NCBI GenBank assembly: GCA_041751215.1
Contig: JBGSXW010000005.1
Location: 3,664-67,663, forward strand
From: Candidatus Saccharimonadales bacterium
Lineage (GTDB): Bacteria > Patescibacteriota > Saccharimonadia > Saccharimonadales > JBGSXW01
Direction: 5' to 3'
Length of the DNA: 64,000 nt
A program made the translations under genes and the position numbers. The notes beneath the pieces were generated by a model. That model saw only the letters and a program-made list of their open reading frames with translations. It was not told the DNA's origin and did no database searches. Position 1 is the first letter of the stretch; each line of letters starts with the position of its first letter. Below are positions 35,205-44,195 of this stretch, piece after piece.

Positions 35205-35912
35205 TTACGTACTAAGAATCCACTCGATAACTTGTTTTTTGAGCTTGTAATACTGCTCTTCTTCCATCTGGATGTTGGCTATGCAAAACCTCTTCCCTCT
35301 GGTGTGTGAACAAAACATACATTCGTACATATCTCCTGCATCACTAATAAATAAGCTGTTTGTAATGTTCGCAGACCAAGAAACCGAAAAGCTATTACTA
35401 CAGTTTGTGGAGTCCTCTACCCGAGCGGAGTAGGCTAGGTTGTTAGATCTCTGTGAACCGACAACAAACTCGCTGTTTTTTGCGCCATCACTAAACAAAA
35501 TGTTCTTGGAGTAATGTACATCCAACGATCGATAGACCATCTCCGACTCGTAGATATTGTCGCTTTCAAAAACATTTAGCGAGTCTAAGTACCGCTCGGT
35601 GGTCGTGTAGTTAATTTCATTCCAGGCAGCTAAAACATCTTCGAGACTGTTCATCTCCCTCGGAGGCGGTGTAAAGTCCTGAAACGGCACCACACCACTC
35701 TCGTTCTGAGAGTTTTTCATCGTGATGAACTTGACCGGATTGGCAGACTGAGCCCAAGTTGACTCGCCAGTGATTGAGTCGTTTACTTCGACTGGCAAAC
35801 GCACATCGAACAAAAACTTCTGCTGAAATTGTTCCAATGTGTAGGGGTTCTTGTAGCCAAATATTTGAGCCACAATTTTATCCAAAATCTCTTGGGCGAC
35901 CTTCTCGTTCAC
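35205..35912 (-). CDS. hypothetical protein (downstream partner of the split ATPase)
   Basis: 235 aa; start abuts the stop of the ATPase gene; C-terminal CMFCSH..C motif. Confidence 0.5.
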   Translation of the reverse strand: MNEKVAQEILDKIVAQIFGYKNPYTLEQFQQKFLFDVRLPVEVNDSITGESTWAQSANPVKFITMKNSQNESGVVPFQDFTPPPREMNSLEDVLAAWNEINYTTTERYLDSLNVFESDNIYESEMVYRSLDVHYSKNILFSDGAKNSEFVVGSQRSNNLAYSARVEDSTNCSNSFSVSWSANITNSLFISDAGDMYECMFCSHTRGKRFCIANIQMEEEQYYKLKKQVIEWILST

Positions 35913-37883
35913 TATTGATCCTTCTTTCTGCGGTTAACCTTGAATCTACTAGACGAATGTTCGGACAAAATTGTACTTAGGTTAAGAAACTCTTCCTCGG
36001 GCTTTGGTTCTTCGGACACCTGCCCTTCAGTCTTTTGCTCTGTTTCTGAGGCTCTCTCAACAAACTTTGTTGGTACGGCTTTCTGCTCAACTGGAATCAG
36101 GTCGGCCGTACCATGTTGAAGCGGCGTAGCTAAGAAGTTTGCGTCAACGGTTCTAGCTTTTACGCACGGTATGATTTGACCATTAGCCGCTAATCTAACC
36201 AAGCATTCGCGTGGATTAAGCTCGGTTAAGATCTTAACGCGAATATCACTTTCTTTGAGCCCGCGGTCTTTCTCGGACTCAACTAGGGCTTTTGGTAGGT
36301 TAATCGATAAGTTTCCCTCAAGTGCGCGCGCATCTTCCTGAGAAACCTTGAACACATAGTAGTTGTAAACGTTGGCAAAAATTGCCGCCTGCAAATCGCG
36401 CTCAATCTGGCCAAAGTACTGCTGGCTCAAGATAACTGACAGATTAAACTTACGCGCCTCGGCCAAGACTTGAGCCAACGCGGGCGTCTGCACCACTGAT
36501 ACCTCATCAATAATTAAGATAATCTTTTCGTTAAAAGCTCTTGCCTGAGCCAGCAAGAAAATCTGTTGAATCAGCAAGCCAGCCACCGTCTTAACAACCT
36601 TCTCGCCCATGCTGACTTTGTTGAGCGAGAAGATGGTCAAGAAATTGCCCTTAACAACACTGGCCAGCGAGATATCGCTCTCTGCCCCCAAAGATGGTTG
36701 TAGTTGCATCTCCTCCACCAACGAAGTGATTGGCTGAATAGCCTCAGCGTAGTGTTGAGTGCGCATTTCGTTAAAGTCAGAGCCAAAAAAGTGCACAATG
36801 TTAGTCGGCACGTAGCCTTTAACATGCGCTAGTATCTGATTCCTAAACTCCAGATCAGTTAGCAGACGCTTCAGAGAGTCTAGCGACATGTTTTGAGCAG
36901 TAAATAGAACATATAGACTGAATCTTAAGGTTCGCTCCAGCCGTGGGTTAAACTGCTCACCAATCAGCGACCTAAACAGCACGGTTGTAAGTTCGGTTGC
37001 GGCTTGAATATCTTGGGCGCCCTCTGTAAACAGTTGGGTGCCTTCGTCGTGCGTGAAGTTGATGTTTTTACTAGATGGAATGTGCTTTAGGTCCTCGGCT
37101 AGTGCAGCGTGGGGGGTCAACAACGATAACTCGGTAGTTGTTGCGTTGCTCCGAGGCAGCCAAACGATCAATCATCAGACTTATGAGCTTAGATTTTCCG
37201 CTGCCGGTTGCTCCAACTAAAAACGAATGCTTATCAAACTCGTATTGAGGCAAGCCGATGAAGTACTGCTGGTTAAAGTAAGGAAAGCCATCAACACTAA
37301 AGAGCGCTCCGTGTTCGTCGCTGCTAAATAGAGGTGTAGCTTTTTCGATATCAAGATATTTAGAAATCGTCTTTTTGGTGTAACGACCGTTGTTGCCGGA
37401 AAAGTCGGCAGCAAGCAGGTTGGTTGGCAAAAATGTAAACATCTTGGGCGCTACAGAGTAAGTCCCAGCGGCGGTTTTAAAGTAGAACCGCCCTTTAACC
37501 ACGGCTTTGTCTTTATTGACGGCTCTGACGTTTAGAACAGCGTATTCCAGATCCTCGCCACTTTTTACAGCATACTTTTCTTTAAAGTCTAGTAAGTTAC
37601 CGCCGGCAACAAATTGCAGCATCCGCTTCTTTTTTCTGGTTTCAGGGATGTGGAACGCGTTTTTTGCAACTGGGCGCAAAAGCAATCCATCTAGGTTATT
37701 GGCAACCGCTCCAAGATCTTGATCGCTAAGCAAAAAATATCTAACGATGTTGTCTTTGATGCTGGTTACAATCTGAAACTTTGGCAAAACACCACTATAG
37801 GCATTTACCGCGTCATAGAGTTTTTGCCACTGTTTTCTCTCAACAGAATCAGTGAGCACATAAATTTCAAAGCAGTGTTTCAA
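35912..37883 (-). pseudogene. P-loop ATPase (HerA/VirD4/TraD-like) split by a +1 frameshift in a C6 tract
   Basis: ORF 37071-37883 carries Walker A (GATGSGKS) and ends ..[15 protein letters not shown] 35912-37171 continues ..[10 protein letters not shown].. and carries Walker B (IILIIDEVS). Removing one C of the run at 37111-37116 joins them as [14 protein letters not shown]. Confidence 0.65.
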
Positions 37884-37930
37884 GTTTGTTAATCCTTCTC
37901 AAGGATAGATTATATCAGGAAGTAAAGTGT

Positions 37931-38560
37931 TTAGGCTTTTCGGGCGGTAATTGCAAAACTATCGGACTCAAGATAGTCGGCTTGGCCGGCTTTAATGTAC
38001 TCGGCTTTAAAGTCTTTATCGTGGCGTTTGTGGTAGGCAATCCCCTTAAAACCCAAACCCTCAAGTAACTCCCTTGCCTTGTCGGGATCATAAAAGTCGC
38101 CAGCGTAACTTGGCGAAATTGTTTCGATAATTGTTAGTTCAGCACCTGGCCTCATGAGTTCGCGAGCATGCAAAAGCGTTTCGATCTTTGAGTCAAACTT
38201 CGACACCCGAGGCTGAATAGAGGCTGAGGTTTCTGGTTCTCCGAAAACGTTAGCCACTAAGACCCGACTTACTTTTTCTTCCGGTATAAGTTCGTGAATT
38301 AAATCTCTATCATGTAAGGCCGTGTAAACCGCGTAGCGGCTAGGTCCGATGTGCTTTTCGTTCATATGCCGGTGAGATCTGGGATCGATGTTCCAAGCCA
38401 CGTAAACGTTGTCTTCATCAAAATTATTCACCGAATCAGTCATGAGCATCGGGCGGCCTAAACCAGTGCCAACTTCTAAGGTCACTTCTTCGGCGGCTTC
38501 AATAGCCTCCTGAAACCTGGTGACCTCAGCGGCAAATGGATCTTCTAGGGTCTCAGTCAT
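37931..38560 (-). CDS. putative class I SAM-dependent methyltransferase-fold protein (paralog a)
   Basis: LEVGTGLG (motif I-like), WNID, ANVFGE, RPGAELTIIE; paralogous to 38777-39487. Confidence 0.4.
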   Translation of the reverse strand: MTETLEDPFAAEVTRFQEAIEAAEEVTLEVGTGLGRPMLMTDSVNNFDEDNVYVAWNIDPRSHRHMNEKHIGPSRYAVYTALHDRDLIHELIPEEKVSRVLVANVFGEPETSASIQPRVSKFDSKIETLLHARELMRPGAELTIIETISPSYAGDFYDPDKARELLEGLGFKGIAYHKRHDKDFKAEYIKAGQADYLESDSFAITARKA

Positions 38561-38566
38561 GATTAA

Positions 38567-38704
38567 TTAGCTTAGGTGGCTAAAACTACCGTCGGGCTGT
38601 TGGCCAAACAATTCACCTTCGTCGTCGGTAAATTGTAAGATATTGCCAACTTTTTGGTAAGCAATGGCTTGTTCGGGTGGTTCGAGTGTTAGTAGCTCGC
38701 TCAT
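38567..38704 (-). CDS. candidate 45-aa protein between the two paralogs
   Basis: MSELLTLEPPEQAIAYQKVGNILQFTDDEGELFGQQPDGSFSHLS; stop lies 6 nt before the next ATG; below the ORF-track cutoff. Confidence 0.3.
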   Translation of the reverse strand: MSELLTLEPPEQAIAYQKVGNILQFTDDEGELFGQQPDGSFSHLS

Positions 38705-38776
38705 GATTTTGCCTTTTGGATTTTGCTTTTGTTTTAGTTAAGTACAAAGCTACTGTAACAAAACTTAAGCGTTTTG

Positions 38777-39487
38777 TCAATTTTGTGATGTTGCGGGCTT
38801 TTCCCCCACCACCAGGTAGCTAAACGACGACATCCCGTAAGCAACACTGTACTTCATTAGCGCAGTGCGAAAGCGAATAGGAGTTTCATCGCCAGTCGTA
38901 ACAATGTTAACAAATCCCGCCTCCTCAAGAAGACGCTCAGGCCCTAGCCTACTATCATCGCCTGCTAATAGGCGCGACGAATGCTGTGAGCCATTCCATG
39001 GAGTGTAAGTTTCAATCAGTACTATTTGGCCTCCAGGCTTAATCAGCTCCCTTGCGAGCCTAAGGCTTTCGAACTTTTGAGTAAGCGGCGTTGCGCCTAG
39101 GTATTTGGGAAGCTGGCCAGTACTAGGGTTAATCTTGGTACCAAGATAGTGCTCGAGCCCAGGTCTCTCCCCGAGCACGTTAATTGCTACCGCCTCATCT
39201 ACGCTGTTGGACGGGACAATATCAAGCAGTCGTTCGGACTCTTCTATTGGCACGTGCACCGCTAGGCACCCATTGCCCATAAGTCTTTCCGTGTAGTAAC
39301 GATGTTGCCGCGAATCTATGTTCCAGCCAACGTAGACATTGCCTTCGTCAAAGTGATGCGGCCCCAGATTGCGTGGCAACGGATTAAGTCCAGTGCCAAT
39401 CTCAAAAGTGACGTGCTGAGCGCCTAAAATTGCATCTTGAAACTGATTGATTTCCGCTTGCCACGGATCGGTCATAACTTCTGTCAT
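38777..39487 (-). CDS. putative class I SAM-dependent methyltransferase-fold protein (paralog b)
   Basis: FEIGTGLN, WNID, INVLGE, KPGGQIVLIE. Confidence 0.4.
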   Translation of the reverse strand: MTEVMTDPWQAEINQFQDAILGAQHVTFEIGTGLNPLPRNLGPHHFDEGNVYVGWNIDSRQHRYYTERLMGNGCLAVHVPIEESERLLDIVPSNSVDEAVAINVLGERPGLEHYLGTKINPSTGQLPKYLGATPLTQKFESLRLARELIKPGGQIVLIETYTPWNGSQHSSRLLAGDDSRLGPERLLEEAGFVNIVTTGDETPIRFRTALMKYSVAYGMSSFSYLVVGEKPATSQN

Positions 39488-39552
39488 CGGCGCGACTATA
39501 ACAGATTAAAACTAAGTAAACAAAAGCGCTTAGCGCCTACTCGTGAGCTGAG

Positions 39553-40296
39553 CTATCGGCCAACGCTGCTAACAGACTTAAGCAAGTAAAACCGTTCGCG
39601 GTTTCCTTTGGCACCTGATACTGCCGAATCGGCTTTGCCCAGGACTAAAAACTCTCGGTTAAGCCACTCTTCAAAGTTCTTGATGATACGACGACGCAAG
39701 GTGTCGTTTTTAATGACTCCGTTGTGCTTCTCGCGGTCTCCAGCCTCAAACTGGGGCTTTAGCATAGCTACAATTCGAGTTCTGGTGCCAGCTAGCTGCT
39801 TAACAGTTGGCAAAACTCCGCGCAATGAAATAAACGAGACGTCTATGAGAATAATGTCAGGAGGTGTAGAGAGTTTGCCAATTAAACGAATGTCGGTTTT
39901 TTCGTGCAGCTCAATTCTTTTGTCGCCGTGCAAGCTTTTGTGCAACTGATCTGTACCAACATCTACAGCGATCACCTTTTTAGCTCCGTGCTGCAACGCA
40001 AAGTCTGTAAAGCCGCCCGTTGATGAGCCGACATCGAGCACTACTTTGTCTTTAAAGTTCAGCTTAAAATCACCAGCAACCGAGGCTAGTTTGTATCCAG
40101 CGCGGGAAACATACTGTTCGTCACTGCCTAAAGTAACTTCGGTTTCTGCAGTTACTAGCTTTGCTGGCTTGGTGACAACAACTCCGGCTACCTTAACTTT
40201 GCCTAGCTGAATAAGAGTCTCCGCGTGAGATCTGGTGTCTGCGAGCTTGCGATCAACCATGGCTTGATCTAGTCTGATTTTTTCCGATGAACTCAT
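39553..40296 (-). CDS. tlyA: TlyA-family rRNA 2'-O-ribose methyltransferase
   Basis: N-terminal S4 domain (RLDQAMVDRKLADTRSHAETLI..G.V.V); YVSRAGYKL; LDVGSSTGGFTD. Confidence 0.85.
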   Translation of the reverse strand: MSSSEKIRLDQAMVDRKLADTRSHAETLIQLGKVKVAGVVVTKPAKLVTAETEVTLGSDEQYVSRAGYKLASVAGDFKLNFKDKVVLDVGSSTGGFTDFALQHGAKKVIAVDVGTDQLHKSLHGDKRIELHEKTDIRLIGKLSTPPDIILIDVSFISLRGVLPTVKQLAGTRTRIVAMLKPQFEAGDREKHNGVIKNDTLRRRIIKNFEEWLNREFLVLGKADSAVSGAKGNRERFYLLKSVSSVGR

Positions 40297-40856
40297 GTTT
40301 TTTGCCGTTCTACGTAAGATCCGTCTCTTGAATCAACTAAAATCACGTCGCCAGTTTTAATAAAGATCGGAACCTGAACTTCTGCGCCAGTCTCTAGTTT
40401 GGCGACTTTCATAACCGTAGACTGGGTGTCACCCTTTACTACGTCTGGCGCTTCGGTAACTTTGAGCGGGACTTTAATTGGCAGCTCTACATTAATGACC
40501 CGGCCATCAAAAAGCTGAGCAGTAGCAGTTGCTCCATCCTTTAAAAGCTTGGCGCTCTCGCCCATAGAGTCGGACGAGACCTCGAACTGATCGTAGGTTT
40601 GCTCGTTCATAAAGAAAAGCTTGCCGCCGTCTTCGTATAAAAATTGAACTTTTTGCAGACTGACGTCGGCTTCTTCGACTTTGTCGGCACCCTTAAAGGT
40701 TTTGGGGATCACACTGCCATCGAGCAGGTTCTTAAGACGAGTATTCACAATTGAACCACCGCGACCCATCTGTTTTTGGTTGTATTCAACAACTTTATAC
40801 GGGACCCCATCCATTTGGATAATGGTGTCTTTTTTTAGGTCGGTTATTGAGTACAT
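40293..40856 (-). CDS. efp: elongation factor P
   Basis: 187 aa; typical N-terminus SITDLKKDTIIQMDGVPYKVVEY.....GRGGS. Confidence 0.9.
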   Translation of the reverse strand: MYSITDLKKDTIIQMDGVPYKVVEYNQKQMGRGGSIVNTRLKNLLDGSVIPKTFKGADKVEEADVSLQKVQFLYEDGGKLFFMNEQTYDQFEVSSDSMGESAKLLKDGATATAQLFDGRVINVELPIKVPLKVTEAPDVVKGDTQSTVMKVAKLETGAEVQVPIFIKTGDVILVDSRDGSYVERQKT

Positions 40857-40858
40857 GA

Positions 40859-41260
40859 TTAGAACTCTCTTTTGTGCTTAGCGTAAAATGCGCCAAAAAC
40901 CATGGAGCCAAAGATAACTGAGTTGGCGATAAAGGCAAGGGCCGAGTAACTATCGGCTTCTAGGTTGCAGCTTGGAATTTCTTGGTGGGTTTTCCAAGAG
41001 AACGGCAGCCCGTAGTTAGTCTCCTGAATAATTACCCCTTTGCCGTCAGCAGTTAGGCCAAATACTTCGGATACGAATACGGATCCTCCGTCTGAGCCAT
41101 CAACACCTTCACCCGAGTTAGTAGACTGGCATTGCATATAGTCTATGCTCCGATTCGGTGAAAATAAGCCGGTTACGAAGATCTTGGGAGCTGGAACTAA
41201 GCCCAACAGCAAAGAGATAAACATCCCTGAAAGTAACGATAACGCGATGGCCTTTTGCAT
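40859..41260 (-). CDS. hypothetical membrane protein
   Basis: 133 aa with N- and C-terminal hydrophobic helices. Confidence 0.45.
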   Translation of the reverse strand: MQKAIALSLLSGMFISLLLGLVPAPKIFVTGLFSPNRSIDYMQCQSTNSGEGVDGSDGGSVFVSEVFGLTADGKGVIIQETNYGLPFSWKTHQEIPSCNLEADSYSALAFIANSVIFGSMVFGAFYAKHKREF

Positions 41261-41262
41261 TA

Positions 41263-41466
41263 CTACCTAACTACGAAAGGTAGTAATGCGAGGTGTCGGG
41301 CGCGCTTGATGGCAGTCGCTAGTTCACGTTGCTGTTTTGCGCTAAGTCCACTGCGGCGGCGTGATTCGATCTGCCCGTAAGCATTCACGTAACGTTGCAG
41401 GGTCTTGTAGTCTTTGTAGTCAAAGAATTCGACTTCTGGTTTCTTCATTCGTTGGGTATAACTCAT
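41263..41466 (-). CDS. rpsR: 30S ribosomal protein S18
   Basis: [43 protein letters not shown]. Confidence 0.9.
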   Translation of the reverse strand: MSYTQRMKKPEVEFFDYKDYKTLQRYVNAYGQIESRRRSGLSAKQQRELATAIKRARHLALLPFVVR

Positions 41467-41566
41467 ATCTTCTTATTCCTGTTTACTTATATTGTAACTG
41501 ATTGTTCTGGATTCTCGATCAGGTCGAGAATGACGTTTGCTAGGTTTTAACGATTTTGGTGAATCA

Positions 41567-41650
41567 GATGCACGGAAGATGCGAGTCGCGGAGTCCAGTT
41601 GTACATCAGCGTACCACTGGCGAGCAACGGAGCACCTGACACAGCAGATG
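41567..41650 (+). repeat. element B, copy vii (inside the ssb-rpsR spacer, antisense to the operon)
   Basis: GCACGGAAGATGCGAGTCGCGGAGTCCAGTTGTACATCAGCGTACCACTGGCGAGCAACGGAGCACCTGACACAGCAG aligns with 55728-55802. Confidence 0.75.
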
Positions 41651-41664
41651 GCCACCATAAATTG

Positions 41665-42144
41665 TTAAAAGGGGATTTCGGAGAGATCAACTGGCTCATC
41701 ATCAATATCTTCGATGACAACATCTTCGTCTTTCTTTTTGCTATCAACTTTTGGTGCTGACGACTCGGTGTTAGAAGACTTAAAGCTCCCACCGCCAGAG
41801 CCACCGCCCTCACCTTGACCGCCAATAAAGTTAAAGTCTTCTACTACGACCTCAACCTTTGAGCGCTTTTGGCCATCTTGTTCCCAAGATCGACTCGATA
41901 AACGACCAGAAACTAGTAGTGGTCGGCCTTTTTGGACGTACTGATTAATAATCTCGCCAGCTTTGCCCCAAGCGACGCAGTCAAAAAAGTCGACGGCTTC
42001 TTGAGTTTCGCCGGCTTGATTCTTCCAGCTACGATTAACAGCCAGCGCAAACGAACAAACATTTTGCCCGTTTGGAGTAGTTCTTAGCTCTGGATCCCTG
42101 GTTAGGTTGCCAAGTAGTGTAACTTTGTTAAAACCTTTAGCCAT
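41665..42144 (-). CDS. ssb: single-stranded DNA-binding protein
   Basis: OB-fold N-terminus (NKVTLLGNLTRDPELR); Gly-rich linker; acidic tip DLSEIPF. Confidence 0.9.
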   Translation of the reverse strand: MAKGFNKVTLLGNLTRDPELRTTPNGQNVCSFALAVNRSWKNQAGETQEAVDFFDCVAWGKAGEIINQYVQKGRPLLVSGRLSSRSWEQDGQKRSKVEVVVEDFNFIGGQGEGGGSGGGSFKSSNTESSAPKVDSKKKDEDVVIEDIDDEPVDLSEIPF

Positions 42145-42146
42145 AT

Positions 42147-42542
42147 TTACGCTTCCTTATCTTCCTTAGGTTTCGGAGCCTGTTCGCCTGCTGGCGAATT
42201 AGCTTCTGAATCTTCATCGGTTTTGGTGTCTGCTTGCGTTGATTCAACTGCTGTCGGCACGGGTCCAGGCTTAGCAATAAGATATCGCAAAACTTCGTCG
42301 GTAATATTAAGAGTTGATTCAATCTTAGCAATTGACTCAGCTGGTAGCTCTACTTCGTAGTAAACGTAAACTGCGTTGTCCTGTTTTTTAATCGGATACG
42401 CAAGCTTGCGCTTGCCCCAGTTGTCGGTCTTGTTGATCTTGCCACCGTTGGCGCTTAGGATCTTCTCGACCTTTTGCATTGGTTTTTCCAGATCAATCTC
42501 TAGATCCGGGTGGTAGAGTGCGACAAATTCGTACTCATTCAT
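42147..42542 (-). CDS. rpsF: 30S ribosomal protein S6 (with an acidic C-terminal tail)
   Basis: YEFVALYHPDLE...; rpsF-ssb-rpsR synteny. Confidence 0.85.
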   Translation of the reverse strand: MNEYEFVALYHPDLEIDLEKPMQKVEKILSANGGKINKTDNWGKRKLAYPIKKQDNAVYVYYEVELPAESIAKIESTLNITDEVLRYLIAKPGPVPTAVESTQADTKTDEDSEANSPAGEQAPKPKEDKEA

Positions 42543-42698
42543 GTAAAAACTCCTTTGGACCCTATCGAATAGATAGGGGCTCGCTCTTAAACGAGCAGGT
42601 TAAATTGTTATACCCAAACTATATCTGTTTTACCCCTGTTAGTCAAGCGGCTGAACCGAAGTTCTAAGTAAGTTCTAATAAAGCTCGGTGTTACAATT

Positions 42699-43538
42699 AT
42701 GCCCATGAACGTACCAAAACTCGCTCTCGGCACCTACGGTTTCGGCGGCGCAAAAGAACGAGACCCAAACAACGACGACAGCAAAGATGTAGAGGTCGTA
42801 AAGCTAGCAATACACAACGGTGTCAGCCTCATTGACACTGCTCAGGTTTACGCAGAGGGTAAAAGTGAGGAATTGATCGGACAAGCCACCAAAGACCTTG
42901 CTCGCTCTTCCTACATGGTTGAGACCAAGCAATTGCCCGGAAGCATTAGCTACACCGACACAATGTTGGGGGTGGAAGCCAGCTTAAAGCGCCTTGGTGT
43001 GGACTACATAGATATATTTCTCTGTCATTCTCCAGATGCCAGCACAGACCTACGCGAGTTCTTTAAGGCTACCAATGAGCTTCATGAATTGGGCAAGATT
43101 AAACACGTTGGGGTCAGTAATTTTGGCCCTAAAATGCTCAAAATTGCCATGGAGACTTCTGACACTCCGATTGTCCTAAATCAGGTTAACGTTTCGCCTA
43201 GTTTTGATGACGTATTTGCGAGCGGAACATACGATTTTTGTAGAGAAAACGGAATTGAGGTCCAAGCCTACAGTGTCTTACGACGACTTCGTGAGAATGA
43301 AAAAACCGTCAAAGTCTTAGAAAGCATAGCCAAGCATAGAGATAAGACAATAGAACAACTGGCAATCGCCTTCGTAAACTCGTTGGGTGTGAAGATGGTC
43401 ATCAAGGCAAGCTCTCAAGAACACTGGGATCAAGTTAAAGAAGCGCTGGATATATCACTTACCGATCAAGAAATACTAAAGATAAAAGACGCTCAGAAAG
43501 CGAATAGCAGTAAGTTTGGACATCTACTCGAGCTCTGA
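42699..43538 (+). CDS. aldo/keto reductase
   Basis: LGTYGFGG, IDTAQVY, HVGVSNF. Confidence 0.8.
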   Translation: MPMNVPKLALGTYGFGGAKERDPNNDDSKDVEVVKLAIHNGVSLIDTAQVYAEGKSEELIGQATKDLARSSYMVETKQLPGSISYTDTMLGVEASLKRLGVDYIDIFLCHSPDASTDLREFFKATNELHELGKIKHVGVSNFGPKMLKIAMETSDTPIVLNQVNVSPSFDDVFASGTYDFCRENGIEVQAYSVLRRLRENEKTVKVLESIAKHRDKTIEQLAIAFVNSLGVKMVIKASSQEHWDQVKEALDISLTDQEILKIKDAQKANSSKFGHLLEL

Positions 43539-44195
43539 TTGATAGTAAATCGTGCGCTGAATTGTAGTTTGGCGCGAAAAGTTGTTAATCGCGCTGACCT
43601 CTAGGCTGTTGCGTCCTTCTTGAAGATAAATCGTAACCGCAAACTCTCCGTCCTCGCTTAACACCACCGGATCGCCGTTTACTAAGACACTGGTGTCGGC
43701 ACCAGCTCGGCCTCTTACCTCGTAGTCAGATTGGGTTGCCACAGTATCGCTGGCTGGCTCAGTTACAGTTAGCCTGGGGTTCGAGGTTAGTCCGTATATT
43801 TGGAACAGCGCGTAGCCAGCAACCACCGCTGCTGCTACTCCAACCGCGGCAATAGACGTTAAACGAGACAATACAATCGGCGATCGGGACTTTCGTTGGC
43901 GGCGTCTTTGCAAACCGCTAGCCTGAGTTTTGTCGGGATCGGCTAGCATCGACTCGATATCCCCATCGGCCAAGCCCAGGTGTTGGGCGTAGCGCCGGGC
44001 GAGGCCTGGAAGATGGCTTGCAGGAATGGTTGTGTCGCTACTGTTCTCTAGATCTTTGAGCGTAGATTCTGGGATCTTTAGCTCTTTGCTTAACTTGCCG
44101 ATACTTAGTTTGCGGTCTAACCTAGTCTGCTTTAACTGGTTAGCGATCCGCTCACGCGTCGAGTGGTTGGTCGTCATCGCTGCTGTCGTCGGCAA
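43524..44195 (-). CDS. RodZ-like HTH + TM + beta-domain protein
   Basis: HTH (LKQTRLDRKLSIGKLSKELKIP), central TM, C-terminal DUF4115-like segment; start uncertain (alternative M at 44177). Confidence 0.55.
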   Translation of the reverse strand: MPTTAAMTTNHSTRERIANQLKQTRLDRKLSIGKLSKELKIPESTLKDLENSSDTTIPASHLPGLARRYAQHLGLADGDIESMLADPDKTQASGLQRRRQRKSRSPIVLSRLTSIAAVGVAAAVVAGYALFQIYGLTSNPRLTVTEPASDTVATQSDYEVRGRAGADTSVLVNGDPVVLSEDGEFAVTIYLQEGRNSLEVSAINNFSRQTTIQRTIYYQSELE

